From the human T2T-CHM13v2.0 reference genome, Homo sapiens: DNA of 64,000 nucleotides. Shown here in pieces: positions 32,002 through 45,689 of this stretch. Every line of letters starts with the position of its first letter. Position 1 is the first letter of the stretch. A program made the position numbers and the translations under genes. Location of the stretch: the NCBI RefSeq assembly GCF_009914755.1, contig NC_060941.1. One strand, given 5' to 3'. Under the pieces are notes generated by a model, which was given only the letters and a program-made list of their open reading frames with translations, had not been told where the DNA came from and did not search any database.

Positions 32002-32185
32002 GTAAATCCCTGAATTTTGTGGTACTTCTGAATAGCAAGAAGAATGACCGGGGCAATTCCCGCACCCATATCACATGCAGCTTCACGATAGTTTTGAGAA
32101 GTTGACTGGACAAAGTCTCTCTTCCTTTTCTCAGTGCATTCATTTGACTTGGCTTTTCCCCCACAGCACCCTACCACACACTGTC
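31958..32185 (+). promoter_or_regulatory. Splicing regulatory module of exon 2a (QKI element in the exon, CAC clusters downstream)
   Basis: ACUAAU occupies the first 6 nt of the exon. Two tandem-CAC clusters lie at about 32062-32086 (gcacccatatcacatgcagcttcac) and 32161-32181 (ccacagcaccctaccacacac). Confidence 0.7.
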
Positions 32186-33258
32186 GGCTGTCTGAGCAGT
32201 ACACGGCGCAAGGGAATTAATCTGTCTGCCTCTTCCCTTCTTTCTAACATCTCAAATTCAGAGATAGAAAAAGGTGCCCTGGATTTTCATGTCAATCCCA
32301 TTTGGGTCAAAAATCTGACCTTCCTTCTTTTCCCCCATCTCTCCTTCAATTTTCCATTTCCCTGTTCCTTAGAAACTAGAAAACTAGTCATTACAGGCAC
32401 ACTTTGAATTTGTCTTTGTACCCTCCTTCTGAGAAATTCCAAAGTGTTCACAGATGTTGCAATCAAATTCTCCAAGTATGCTAGCCAGGTCTTGAACATT
32501 AGAAAGCTACATTGGGAAAATGCACTGTTTTCAGACTGTTGAGACTATTATTGGGGTAACAGACCCTTAAGACTATCATTGGAGTACTGAACTAGCAATT
32601 TATTTCCAAGCATAAAAGAAAATATAATCTCCAAAGCATTATCATTATATATATAAAAAAAATTCTCATGACCCAATTTGTCTTTAAAACCAAGACAGAG
32701 AGAAGACAAACATGAATAGGCCCATTTTTATAAGTGGGAAACTGAGAGCACAGGAAAACTCTCAGGCTTACTCAAGGTTATACCAAAAGTAGATGGCAGA
32801 GCAAGAACAGAGCTCAAATGGATGGTTCCCAAATATTTAGTTACCCAGGACTTCTTTAATTCTACCCATCACTGCCATAGGTCTTATGTTTAAAATAGTA
32901 TTGTCTTCCCTGTCCACCTAAAGAATCCTACATGCATTAATTATTAATCCATGCATCTTTTAAATAGTTAATTTTATGTTTTTGAGTTAATTTTCTAATT
33001 AATGGTATATAAATTTACCAGCTAGTGCTTGTTGATGAGAACAACCGTAACTAAACCAAGTTGCTATGATTCCAGGCAGGAGCAATGAAAAGTGACAGCT
33101 TTGTTAGTCCAAGCAGCCTTTCTCTGGACAGACATACTCTTTCTCTTCAGCTTCTTGAAATGCTGAAAATCAGTCCTGATGATTCATTGCTCCATTTTTG
33201 AAGTCCTAGGTTCCCAACACCCCTAGATCAAGATCCACTGGACTTAGAAATCCCATCA

Positions 33259-33695
33259 CAGCGGTTCTGAAGCTTTTGCATCAGAATCACCCAGAAGGCT
33301 TGTTAAAACAAAGATTCCTGGGTTCTACTGAGAGTTTCTGATTCTGTGGGGCTGGGTTGGGGCCCAGGAATTGGGATTTCTTTTTTCTTTTTTTTTTTTT
33401 TTTTGAGACAGAGTCTCACTCTGTCGCCCAGGCTGGAATGCAGTGGCGCGATCTTGGCTCACTGCAACCTCTGCCGCCTGGGTTCCAGCTAATTTTTGTA
33501 TTTTTAGAAGAGACAGGGTTTCACCATCTTGGCCAGGCTGGTCTTGAACTCCTGACCTCATGATCCACCTGCCTCAGCCTCCCAAAGTGCTGAGATTACA
33601 GGTGTGAGCCACCACACCCGGCCAAGAATTGGAATTTCTAACGTGTTCCCAATTGCTGAAGATGCTGGTCCGGAAGCTGCACTTAGAGAACGCTG
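33259..33695. mobile_element. MER5A hAT-Charlie element interrupted by an Alu
   Basis: cagcggttct...gcatcagaatcaccc...cttgttaaaac...tttctaac...gatgctggtcc...gagaacgctg. Confidence 0.75.
33377..33623 (-). mobile_element. Alu with internal deletion
   Basis: Right arm shortened (cctgggttc|cagctaatttttg); TSD-like gaattg(g/a). Confidence 0.92.
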
Positions 33696-35785
33696 CACTC
33701 GTTGCCGCCCCAAGTCTCTGGCTCTTTAATTCTTCCTCTTGGTCCTCTTAGTAGCAATGGATCTGGTATTGCTCCAAGCCTGCAGCTGAATGGTCCCATT
33801 AAGAGAAGTCAGGGTCTGCACCAGGCACAGCCCAACACCAGGTACAGCCCCTGCTTCTGTTGCTGGAGTTGCCCAACTCCAGGGACCCTACCCTGTGCTG
33901 AGGAGTGAGGCCCCTGCCTTCAATGAGTTCTCTGTGGTTCCACGACCTGTCTTCTCCTTTTTCTGGGATCCTGCTGGAGGCACGAGGTTACAGTGGAGAG
34001 CAGAGGACTGCAGGAAGACTGTTCTTATCTTGGGATCTTTTTTCTAAGTTCTAAGTCAGCAAATGTTTATATGCTCGGCTGACCCAAATTAGCGATAGCT
34101 TTGGGGACAGAAATAGGAATAGCCCACAACAAAACTCTGAGGCAAGAACACAAATTCCCTTGTGAGGAGCCATTAATCTTCCTCCAGGGAGAATGAGTTA
34201 GATGTGTGGCTGACTGAATTTACAACAGTATTTTAATTCAAAATCACATGGACTTTTTTAAAAATTTAGAATCCAAATTCCTTTTCAATCTTAAAAGTCA
34301 AAGTTCTTTAAATACAAAATGTTGCCATTTGATACTCCCCAGGCTGGCAGCAGAAGTGGTTTTTTGTGTATTTTCCAAAAACCCAACTGAGAGGTGGGGG
34401 GCTCCATTGCTTTTGTTGGCCTTCATGGGAGGTGGCTAAAACCCACGGTCTCTGAAGTCACTGAGAAAGCAAACCTCAACCCCAGGCCCATGGCAGGATA
34501 GTTTTCCATGGTGTGACCTCAAGCCAGTGGCCCATATAACACCCCTTAACCTCTGAGGAGAAGAGCATGTGGTAAAATGCAGCATGTGAACCTCTCTGGC
34601 TTTCTTCCCAAGTGCTTGCTAAATGGAGATAGTTTCTTCCACCCTGTGGCAGAAGGTTCCAGAAGACCTTTGTGCTCCTGGCATCAGAGAACTGGACCGT
34701 GTGAATCATCTCACAGGGGAGTTATTAACACCAAGAAGTGATGAATTGTAGTTCTACGAAGCTGAGATACAGGAAATACAGTGTTTCTTAGAACAATTAA
34801 TAAGCTTTGCTAATAAGAATTGAACAGCCTCAGAGACATGAGAACCCATTAAATTCCTCCTAAACCCCAAGCCCAGTTAAAACCAATTGTGTTTGGAATG
34901 TCAGCGATATCCCAAGATCTATTCATGCTAATCCTTTCAGGGAGTTTCTAGAGGAAAAGGGCATGTTATTCTTTTTAACCACTTAATAAGGCCACACGAA
35001 GATCCATTCATTTTCTGGGTTATGTAAGTAATTAAACTACACTAATATACAATACCTAACTAAATGATTACCAGGAGATAGGACAGAGGTATTGATACAG
35101 ATTGTGTAGATCCACAATGGCCCGCTGGACTTCAAGCAGACTTTGTATCATAATCTGGTTGCTTAGGGGGAAAGGGAGTTGCTTTGCAGAACTCCCTCGA
35201 CATAAATTCCACCTGCGATCAAACACAGGAAAAGGCAAGCCTTATTAAGGATGATGACCAGACCCAACTCAAAGAAAATGCATGCGCAACACAGGACAGC
35301 TGCACGTTAATTTCTCAGAATCACTGAGTTGGGAGAAATGGGAGAAAAGGGTCATCTAAAAAGGGAGGTTTTGCAGAGAAGCTCATTTTAAGAGTAAAAA
35401 GCAGAAAGCAAAGATAACTGAAAAACAATTTCTAGATCAATGGTATTCAAGAAGCATGTTCATTTTTTTTTCTATAAGAAGGGAAGTCTCTTAATCTTTG
35501 GTCAAAGTGAGAAGGATGCCTGTCAACTATTTTTGGCACAAGGAAGCCAGATGGGGCAATTCTGCATGTTCCTTCAGCCAACATTGTTAATGTTGGGGTG
35601 AACAGGGAGATTTATAGAGAGCGTGACCTGTTAACTCCCCAAGCAGCATCCTTAAAGAGGATACTATGGCCAACTACCATTATGGTAGCCGTCATGACTA
35701 CAACTATGTCTGCTTGATCTCCAGCAAACCCTGCTGAAAACTATGTTCAGATTCAGCATGGTCTTAAGGGTTGAATGAGGCACGT

Positions 35786-35786
<1 letters not shown>

Positions 35787-35836
<50 letters not shown>
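35787..35836. repeat. (CA)n microsatellite, about 25 units
   Basis: Uninterrupted CA run. Confidence 0.98.
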
Positions 35837-35839
<3 letters not shown>

Positions 35840-36995
35840 CGATCTGGTCAGAAACCTAGTTTTTGTGCTGGCCAAGATTTGGAAGAATATTTCATCACCT
35901 GCAGCTTACAGTAGACCACTGTTCTAGTAACATTGGAACTCGGGATCATGTGATTCCTCAAGTTGTCCAGACATACAATTCAGGGGAAAAAAAATCAATG
36001 CAAGTCTGTAACTGCTAATCAACCTCATCACTAATCATGAAAAGTGATTATTTGTGGCTCCTGATTGAGATTGTTCTAGATTAGGAAAATCAAGGCAAAA
36101 TGTAGAATTTTGCAAAATGATGTTCTACTTCTTTGCTCAAAGGAGTTTATTAAATCCCCATAAGAGGTGCTATGAAGGGTGATGAGGAGGAGGTCATGGG
36201 AAGAGAGTGAAGGCTGGCATTCCGTCCAGGTTGTTCACGGCTGCTGTGTGTTCTGTATGACTGACCAGTGCCTGTGTCTACTGGTTGTTAATATTTTACA
36301 TATCACATCTTGAAAGAGGTTAGAGTTGTCACAGGACCTATGCTCCTAGCCCTAACTGATCCTGGGCAAGTCAGTCAATTTCTGTGGACCTCAGTTTCCC
36401 CATTCTGTTCACGGTTGGAGTTAACTTCCCTGTCTCCAAGGTTCCTTCCAGCCCTCAAAGTTTGATTCTCTGCTTCTCACTCAACACCCTTAGTTGCATG
36501 TTCCTGACCTACCAGCCACACACTTTATCCAGAGTACCGTCCCTTCCTCCAAAGCACCACCCCACCCCACAGACACAGACCACAGTCATCCCCCGAGCCT
36601 TTTGCACTCTAGGGCAGAGCAAAGTCAAAGAGGGTGGTAGTTACCCAAGTCTACACCTCTCCCTCAAACCAGAGCGTTATTTCTGTTTTCAGTTTTCCAC
36701 CACCCCTTCTATTTCCTCCGGAACTTGGAATGCCCTGCCTCCATCACTTCTCTTCTTGTTGCACATCCTGCCTCTGCTACTCCCCCTGTTTGAGGCTTCG
36801 ATTCCACTTCCTCTGTCTCCTACGGCTTCAGGGCCGCTGGTGTCCTCCAGGCCTGTCCTCTCTCATTGCTTGTGGCCTAATAAAGGCAATCACCTCCCTA
36901 CTGTGCATAGCTCAGCAAGCACACCAGCAAACTCTGCGATACAGACCAATGCCCTTAACCCAGCCTCCACTCACGTTTTTGTGTTTCTGTTTCAG

Positions 36996-37051
36996 CACTG
37001 AAACGTCCAGCTGAATTCCATGAGCAAAGAAAACATTTGGATAGTGACAAG
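36996..37051 (+). CDS. MYOCD: MYOCD exon 3 (56 nt)
   Basis: gtttctgtttcag|CA CTG AAA CGT...GAC AAG|gtaatt. Encodes (P)LKRPAEFHEQRKHLDSDK. Confidence 0.96.
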
Positions 37052-38173
37052 GTAATTTTTGCAAATTTCTTGACCCAAGCTTAGACTATAGGTTATGAAT
37101 CTCTGAATGCTAATCCTTGGTGGATGCGTGTAGAATTCCTACAACAAACACAATCAATTTGCCAGTCCCCTGCCCTCATATCATGTGGAATCTTACTCCT
37201 ATTAACCGGTAACTATAGAAATAGGATCAACTATATTAGCTTTGAAACTCCTATTTTTCAGCTTTTTTAAAAAATGTCCCCAATTTTTCTAATGTTGGAA
37301 GAAATTACAGTAGGGATGCACTGGAGTCAAAAACACTTTAGAGAAGGAAGTGGAGTCGGTTTTCAAGCTGCCTTACCTGTTATTACTGTCATTTCTTAAC
37401 AACAATCAGATTTTAAAAAATCCAATTCAAGGGTAAGGCATGGTTTATGCATACAGAACTCATTTGTAGCTACTTAAAGGCAAAAGGTTATTTTGCTTTT
37501 TTCCCTTCTTTTTTTGTAACATTTGAGGGTGAGATTTGGCATATATTCTGTACCTTCATAACAAATCTCTGCAACTTGAATTTGTCAATAATATATTAAT
37601 AAATACTATTTAGCAAGTATCAACACTTTGAGTGAGAAGGAAAGGCAAAGAGAGTATCTGCCTGCTGGTATTTCCTTACCTGAGAGTACTAGCCTTGCAG
37701 CTTGTCTATGGGTAGAGAGGAAGAGGAGGGATCTGCAACTCTTCAAAGTAGCTCACAAGTGGCTGTGATTCCTACTACCTGGGGAATAACAAAGAACAGC
37801 AGACTCTTATCAGAACTGGAGTGATTCCCAGACCCCTCTCGGGGCCACTGGGAGATCCACTGTAGTGAGATAAAAACCCAGAACTAGACATCAGAAACCT
37901 GGGGTCCAGTGTTGGCCCTCCCACAGCCTGTAACAGCCCTACCGACAGCCCTATCAAGAAGGTAATGAGACTGGGTAGATAACCCATCTCTTCATGCCCG
38001 TCCAGTTCCTGGTGGGTCTGAATCTGTAGGCTTTACATTTTCACATGTCCTAAAAGAGAAGTCAAGCGAATAATGGGAAAGAGGCATACGTTGTCATGTT
38101 ATATTAGATGGATTTAGGCAATGTTTTAACTCTGGTCTTGGTTAATTTTGTGACTGTTTTCAGAGGAAATGGA

Positions 38174-38473
38174 GGCTGGGTGCTGTGGCTCATGGCTGTC
38201 CCAGTACTTTGGGAGGCTGAGGTGGGCAGATTGCTTGAGTCCAGGAGTTCAAGACCAGCCTAGGAAACATGGTGAAACCCTGTCTCTACTAAAAATTAAA
38301 AATTAAAGAAAAAAATTATCTGGGTTTGGTGATGCATGCCTGTGGTCCCAGCTACTCATGGGACTAAGGCAGGAGGATCACTTGTGCCCAGGAGGTCAAG
38401 GCTGCAGTGAGCTTTGATTGTGCCACTGCATTCCAGCCTGGATGACAGAGACGCTGTCTCAAAAAAAAAAAAA
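38174..38473 (+). mobile_element. AluJ-like
   Basis: ggaggatcacttg...ggtcaaggctgcagtgagc diagnostics. Confidence 0.92.
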
Positions 38474-38798
38474 GGCAATGGAATAAGATTCATTATAATA
38501 CAAACAGCCTAGTGTTCTGTTATAGTGACATGTTATTAACATGTACCAACCTGCCTGTCCCTGAAAAAGCTTTAGGTTTGTAGCCCTGATGTGGACCCAA
38601 GCTCTTTACCTTCTTATCTTATTTTCCCATCTAAAAATTACTCGAGGGGTCTTTGGAAATGTTCCTTCATCAAAATGTGGGACACCAAGAATATTTTCAT
38701 GTTTCATTTATTATTTTAAAAGGTTATTTTCTCCTGTGAGATAAATTGAGTTTTTTAAAAGGTAAAACTAGGTGATTTCTCTTGTTTGGGTTCTACAG

Positions 38799-38874
38799 GC
38801 TAAAAATTCCCTGAAGCGCAAAGCCAGAAACAGGTGCAACAGTGCCGACTTGGTTAATATGCACATACTCCAAG
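38799..38874 (+). CDS. MYOCD: MYOCD exon 4 (76 nt), degenerate RPEL2, contains internal start Met80 (ATG 38859-38861)
   Basis: ttctacag|GCT AAA...CTC CAA G|gtaagg. Encodes AKNSLKRKARNRCNSADLVNMHILQ, which is visible inside ORF 38772..39059. Confidence 0.97.
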
Positions 38875-40344
38875 GTAAGGCTGCAAGAAATCAGACGCCA
38901 AGAGATGCTGCAGAATGGTGGGCCATTTTCCCAGAGTTACTTGTCTCTGTACAGTTGCTAAGCCCTCTTAAAAATCTCCCTTGCCGTTACAAAGTGGTAG
39001 TTTCAAGTAATCATCTAAGCCTTCTAGGCCACATAGATACCCAAGTTGGGAAGCCATAAAATGGTTAAGCGGGTTAGAGACTTGGGCTCTAATCTCAGCT
39101 GTGCGATCTCCTAACTCTAAGGCCTGGGCAAATCACATAACTTCTAGGAGTGCATGGAACACGTCCAACATGTGCTGACAATTATTACTAATCTGGATCA
39201 TCACTCACTTTGGAAGAGGATCACAGTTCCCTTGCTACCTCTGTATTCTCCAGGTAATTGATTGTCCTTTGCTGATGCCTTTACCTTCTGGTGTGCAGGG
39301 AATACAATCTGAGGAAATTAGTGCTGATCAAAGTAGGCCTAGTTCTGCCTTAGGGTGCCACCTCTGTGCTGGGGTATGTGAGACAAGGCAAACAAACAAC
39401 TAACTGGTCCCCATATTCTGACATCTGCATGCAGGAGGAGTGGCTTCTACTCCCGCCTCATAAGTTGCCTTCCCTGAGACAGAATCCCCGAGACCATTGG
39501 TGCCCACCCTAAAAGAGGTCCAATCCCTAATTTGACAGTTACCTATGAGATATTTGTTCCTTGAACACACACTGTATTGGGTGTCTGCTAGGAGTTGGCT
39601 GCTCTGCCAGGCCAGTGGGTTCAACGATGAATAAGACACAGGTTTGTGCCCTCAGAGGGTCTCACAGTATAACAGAGGACACGAGAATCACATTTACAAT
39701 CCAGCATGAAAAGAAAGGAAATGCCTGGTGTGGTGGGTGTATGGAAGAGGATCAAAGAAAAGAGCCATCGGAATCAGAATGGACAGGGGAGGAGTGAGGA
39801 AATGGGCTGGAACGTGAGGGCTGAGCCAGGTAGAAAAAGATGGAAGGGGGTCGCAGTCTGAGGGAACAGCCTGCACAAGGCCTGCATGCTATTTCTCTAG
39901 AATGTGGATTTCCTTCCCAGACTGAACACTAGCTTTAAAGCGCACGAAAGACTCTGAAATATATCCTGGAAATTGTGAACCTTGGTTCTTTGAGTGACAT
40001 CATTTGTTATTTATTCTGGCTTTCCAAGACTGACCCTTTTTCAACCCTAAAGTAGGTGGGATATTTTAAGACGGAGAACTGTTTTCAGGGTAGGGAAAAG
40101 AAAGAGGCCAATGCTGAACTCAAGGGAAGGCTGTGTGGGATGGGAGGCTTTGATCTGCGTGAGGCAGCCAAAGGATGCCAGGTGTCTGGAAAACAGAAAA
40201 AAGTCCCTCAAAGGGAGGTGACAGAATTCTTACCTCCTTTGCAATGGTGTCTACAAGCCTAGAAGCAGCTGCTATGTCAGCACAAAAATCACTGCTGCAC
40301 AAAAATCCAAACGATGTCATTTCAAATGACATACAGACCTTTCA

Positions 40345-40702
<358 letters not shown>

Positions 40703-41022
40703 TCATGTGTGGCAAGAGTTACATGCGTTCCCATACACTGCTGGTGGGAGTGCAATTGGATCAACTTTTCAGGAGGGCAATTTGATAACCTGTATCAAAC
40801 TCCTTAAAAATGTGCCCACCCTTTAGCTCATAATATAATGTCTAGTATTTTATTCAAAGAAAATAATCAGACAAAGATTTATCTCACAATGATGCTTATC
40901 GTGGAATTACTTTAGATGGTGAAAAATAGTGAAATGTCTAACAATAGAGGATTGGCTGAATAAACTATGGATCAACCATACAATTTAATGCTAATACAAG
41001 AGTTATTAAGAAATTATTTTTA

Positions 41023-41946
<924 letters not shown>

Positions 41947-42194
41947 ATACCATAGAGCTACTACAAACAAGGCTTTCAAAGAGTAATTTAATGAGAAAAG
42001 GTTTACAGGACAATGTTTAGGAAAAAGAGCAAAAATCAAAACTATATTTGCTGCCAAATTCTGGGAAGAAAAATTATATACTTATTATATACTTAAACTA
42101 TATTCATAGTCAGATTCTGGGAAGAAAAACATAAACCTACCAATCAATATAAATAACTAAGAAAGACACACAGGTCTTAAAAATAGGTGACACC

Positions 42195-42569
<375 letters not shown>

Positions 42570-43662
42570 TCACATTTATGACAATGAGGACACAGTAATG
42601 CTATAATCAAAAAACATATGAAATGTTATTTCTTCCATCATTACGGTCTTGAATTAAAATAACAGGGTGTGAACTGCACCAACCCCCAGTTCAATTGCAT
42701 GTCTCTGGTGCCTCCCATGGGGTCCTCTTTTGTCAACAGAAATTGGGAATTAGCTTCTTGGAGCATAAAAGATCTGCTAGATACAAAATGACTCCTGCTG
42801 CCCAGGAATTTATTGCCCAGTTTCAGAGGCAACAAGATGAAGGGTTTGTCCTTGTAACTGCTAGAGGCAGTCAAAGCGAAAGAGATCTATAAGAACAGGA
42901 AGAGTTAGGAAAGCCTTATGCTGGGACCCAAAAGTACGATGTTGGTAATGGGGAGTGGGGAAGAAGTTCAAGGTGGGGAAAGGAAATAAGCCAAGGTGCA
43001 AAGGTGAATGCAGCAAGACATAGAGGACAGAAGGATAAGGACCAGGCTCTCTGGAATGGTAGATTTGGGCTGGAGAGCCACAGGTCATGGCAGGAGGTAG
43101 ATTAAATTTGTAGCAGTCTTGAAAAACTGGACTGAGAGATGTGGATGGTGGGAAGCATCTTGTACGGAGGCACCAGAGGAAAAGAGGGCTTTCTGAAGAT
43201 CAGTCCTGAGTTGGTACACAGGATGAGTCAGAAAGATGGCTGAGGCAGAGAGCCAGCAAGCTGCCCTTGCAAGGAACTGTAAGGGGTGCTTTGGAGAGGA
43301 CATGGGCTTTGGTATGCCCATTCTTTGGTTTGGAGTATTGACATTCCCTCCATTGAATGTGAAATGCTTTGAAGAGGCAGCTTCCACAGCCAAGCCTGTG
43401 GCAACCAATAAGACATCCCTAGACTTCTTCTGTATGGAGAGTTCTAGATCAGTGCCAGACACAGGGTCTGGGATTAGCAGGTTGATAATAATAAAATAAG
43501 GGGGCTAAGGGACTTGTCTGTAAATATCTCACTTTCTAGATTTATGAAGTTGAGAGTGAAGGTGCAAACTCTTATAGAATCTTAACTTACAGTTCTCCAT
43601 GACAGCAATAAGTTGGCTGGATTCTCTTCTGAGTTCTTCCACAGAAATAAGTCAGGGCCCAA

Positions 43663-43676
43663 CCTAAAAAGGAAGT
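43663..43676. promoter_or_regulatory. Consensus CArG box (SRF site) with overlapping ETS core
   Basis: CCTAAAAAGG (43663-43672) runs into GGAAGT, in non-repeat sequence. Motif match only. Confidence 0.4.
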
Positions 43677-44301
43677 TTGGTGTCAGCTGTATCGAAGTGG
43701 ATTTAAGGCTCTGTACGTGACCTTTCACACCCTCCAAATGATGAGAAACTGCCTGTGGATGAATTCAACTTTTAAAAATCCCTCTGTTTAATTAAATAAC
43801 TGTTTCAATGGAATTTTTTTTCTTTCGCAACTGACCTGGACATTTGACTCAGTCGGTCACAGCATTGACTAGTCCAAAATCCTTTAAAAGTCATACTAGT
43901 ACTACTAATTATAACAACAGATAACATTTACTGCAGGCCTAGCCTGTGCCAGTCACTATGCAGACCAAATGTGCATCCAAGTGCCATAGCTTAGGGTTAG
44001 GCAAACAATACAGGCCCTGCAGACTGGTTGCTTACAAAATCTCCAAATTGTACATTTTTTCACGAATCCTCGCAAAGCAAGCTTCTCTAACTTTTCCATG
44101 TGCCTCTCGATTTGCCTTTATTTGGAAGTGTCTAGGCTTTGGTGCTAATCCCTGTAAAGTGATGATGATTGCATCGAAAAATTATTAGGATGGTAGAGCA
44201 CAATGTGACACAATCGTTTGTAACCACAAGCCAAAAAACAAAAAAGAGAGAGACAGAGACATCAAATTCTAGAACTGATCCTTTTCATTTCAACCCTTTA
44301 G

Positions 44302-44463
44302 CTTCCACTGCAGAGAGGTCCATTCCAACTGCTCAGATGAAGCTGAAAAGAGCCCGACTCGCCGATGATCTCAATGAAAAAATTGCTCTACGACCAGGGC
44401 CACTGGAGCTGGTGGAAAAAAACATTCTTCCTGTGGATTCTGCTGTGAAAGAGGCCATAAAAG
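44302..44463 (+). CDS. MYOCD: MYOCD exon 5 (162 nt, phase 1-1), canonical RPEL3 and basic NLS segment
   Basis: ccctttag|CT TCC...ATA AAA G|gtagtt. Encodes STAERSIPTAQMKLKRARLADDLNEKIALRPGPLELVEKNILPVDSAVKEAIK, containing the RPxxxEL motif. Confidence 0.98.
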
Positions 44464-44464
44464 G
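44455..44464. promoter_or_regulatory. Consensus CArG box across the exon 5 / intron 5 junction
   Basis: CCATAAAAGG = CC(A/T)6GG. Motif match only. Confidence 0.35.
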
Positions 44465-45689
44465 TAGTTAGAACAAATGGCATGTCTCTCCTTGGTGCTA
44501 TTGAGATCTGAGGGCAGCCCGGAGCTCTGACATACTAGGATCTTTGGGGATGAGGGCCTCTCACCAGATAAGAGCCATACCATGGGTTGTTAGTCCAGTT
44601 AATTCTCCATAACCAGGGATCCTGGGCATTTGTTGCAATCCCCATTCTTGTACACCCCAAGGCCAAGTCAACACAGGGTAATTTTGCTCTAGTCAGGCAA
44701 GTTGAGAACCTGACCAGGTGTAATGCTCAAAACATCTCCCCTATAAGACATCCATTACTTAGGAGTCACAGTCATGGTCCTGTTTAGCCTTCCTTGTTTA
44801 AAGAGAGGTAGACTGTATCAGCGGAAAGAGCACTGGCCCCAGACTAGAAAACCCGGACCCTAGATCCAGTTGCCCAATTCACTTCACCTTGAGATGGAGG
44901 TGACAGTACTCACCCTACCCAGCTCACAGGCTCCTGGGAGTGAAATTCATGGTAAACAGTACATGTAAAAACTCTGACAGCTCTCACTTGCTCCACGAAG
45001 TCAAAGGACAAATACTCAAAAAGGAGACACAAATACTGATTCTGTTATAAACTGTATAACATCGTTTTGTAGACTTTTTGAACAACTGATACTAGGTGGA
45101 CCCAAACAGCCTGCCAGTACTGAATTCACTCATAGAGGCTTTGGGGTGGAACCCAGGAAAACTATGGTATCAGGGAGAAAGGGGAGCTTAATGCTCCTAC
45201 AGACACACTTAGCTTTCTCCAGCTATGCCGCAATCCGCTCTGAGAACTATTGGTAGATATTAATAAGCAGTGTATATTTAAATGTTTTGACACATTGTCA
45301 AAAAGTAGGTGTAAGGGCATTTTATCCAAAACTAAGTTTATTATAAAACTTGTCATCAAGTTTATTCACATTCTAAAATCTTGCTCTCACCCTGCGATTC
45401 AGAGGCCACATGAATTTTGCCTTTGGAACTGGTAAATATGAAAATATCAACTCCAGGAGAGGCAATATACTTGTCTGTCAGTGTCTACTTAAATATCCCA
45501 CTGTGATTTTCTCTCTCATCTACTCTCTCCCTCCCCACTAAATATCTGGGGCCTTTGAACTTGGCCTTGAGTATTCAAGAGTGCACTGCCACCATGTTTA
45601 CTCTGATAAGCTCTTGGGCAGGTAAAAATCTCCATCAGGCATCTCTTATTGTTTCTTAAAACATTCTGTTCTGTGCCTGTAAATTTATT

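Noticed and set aside
36384-37014. 205-aa and 126-aa ORFs ending at exon 3
   Set aside because: Non-ATG starts, C/T-rich intronic composition, no recognisable domain, and not in the MYOCD frame.
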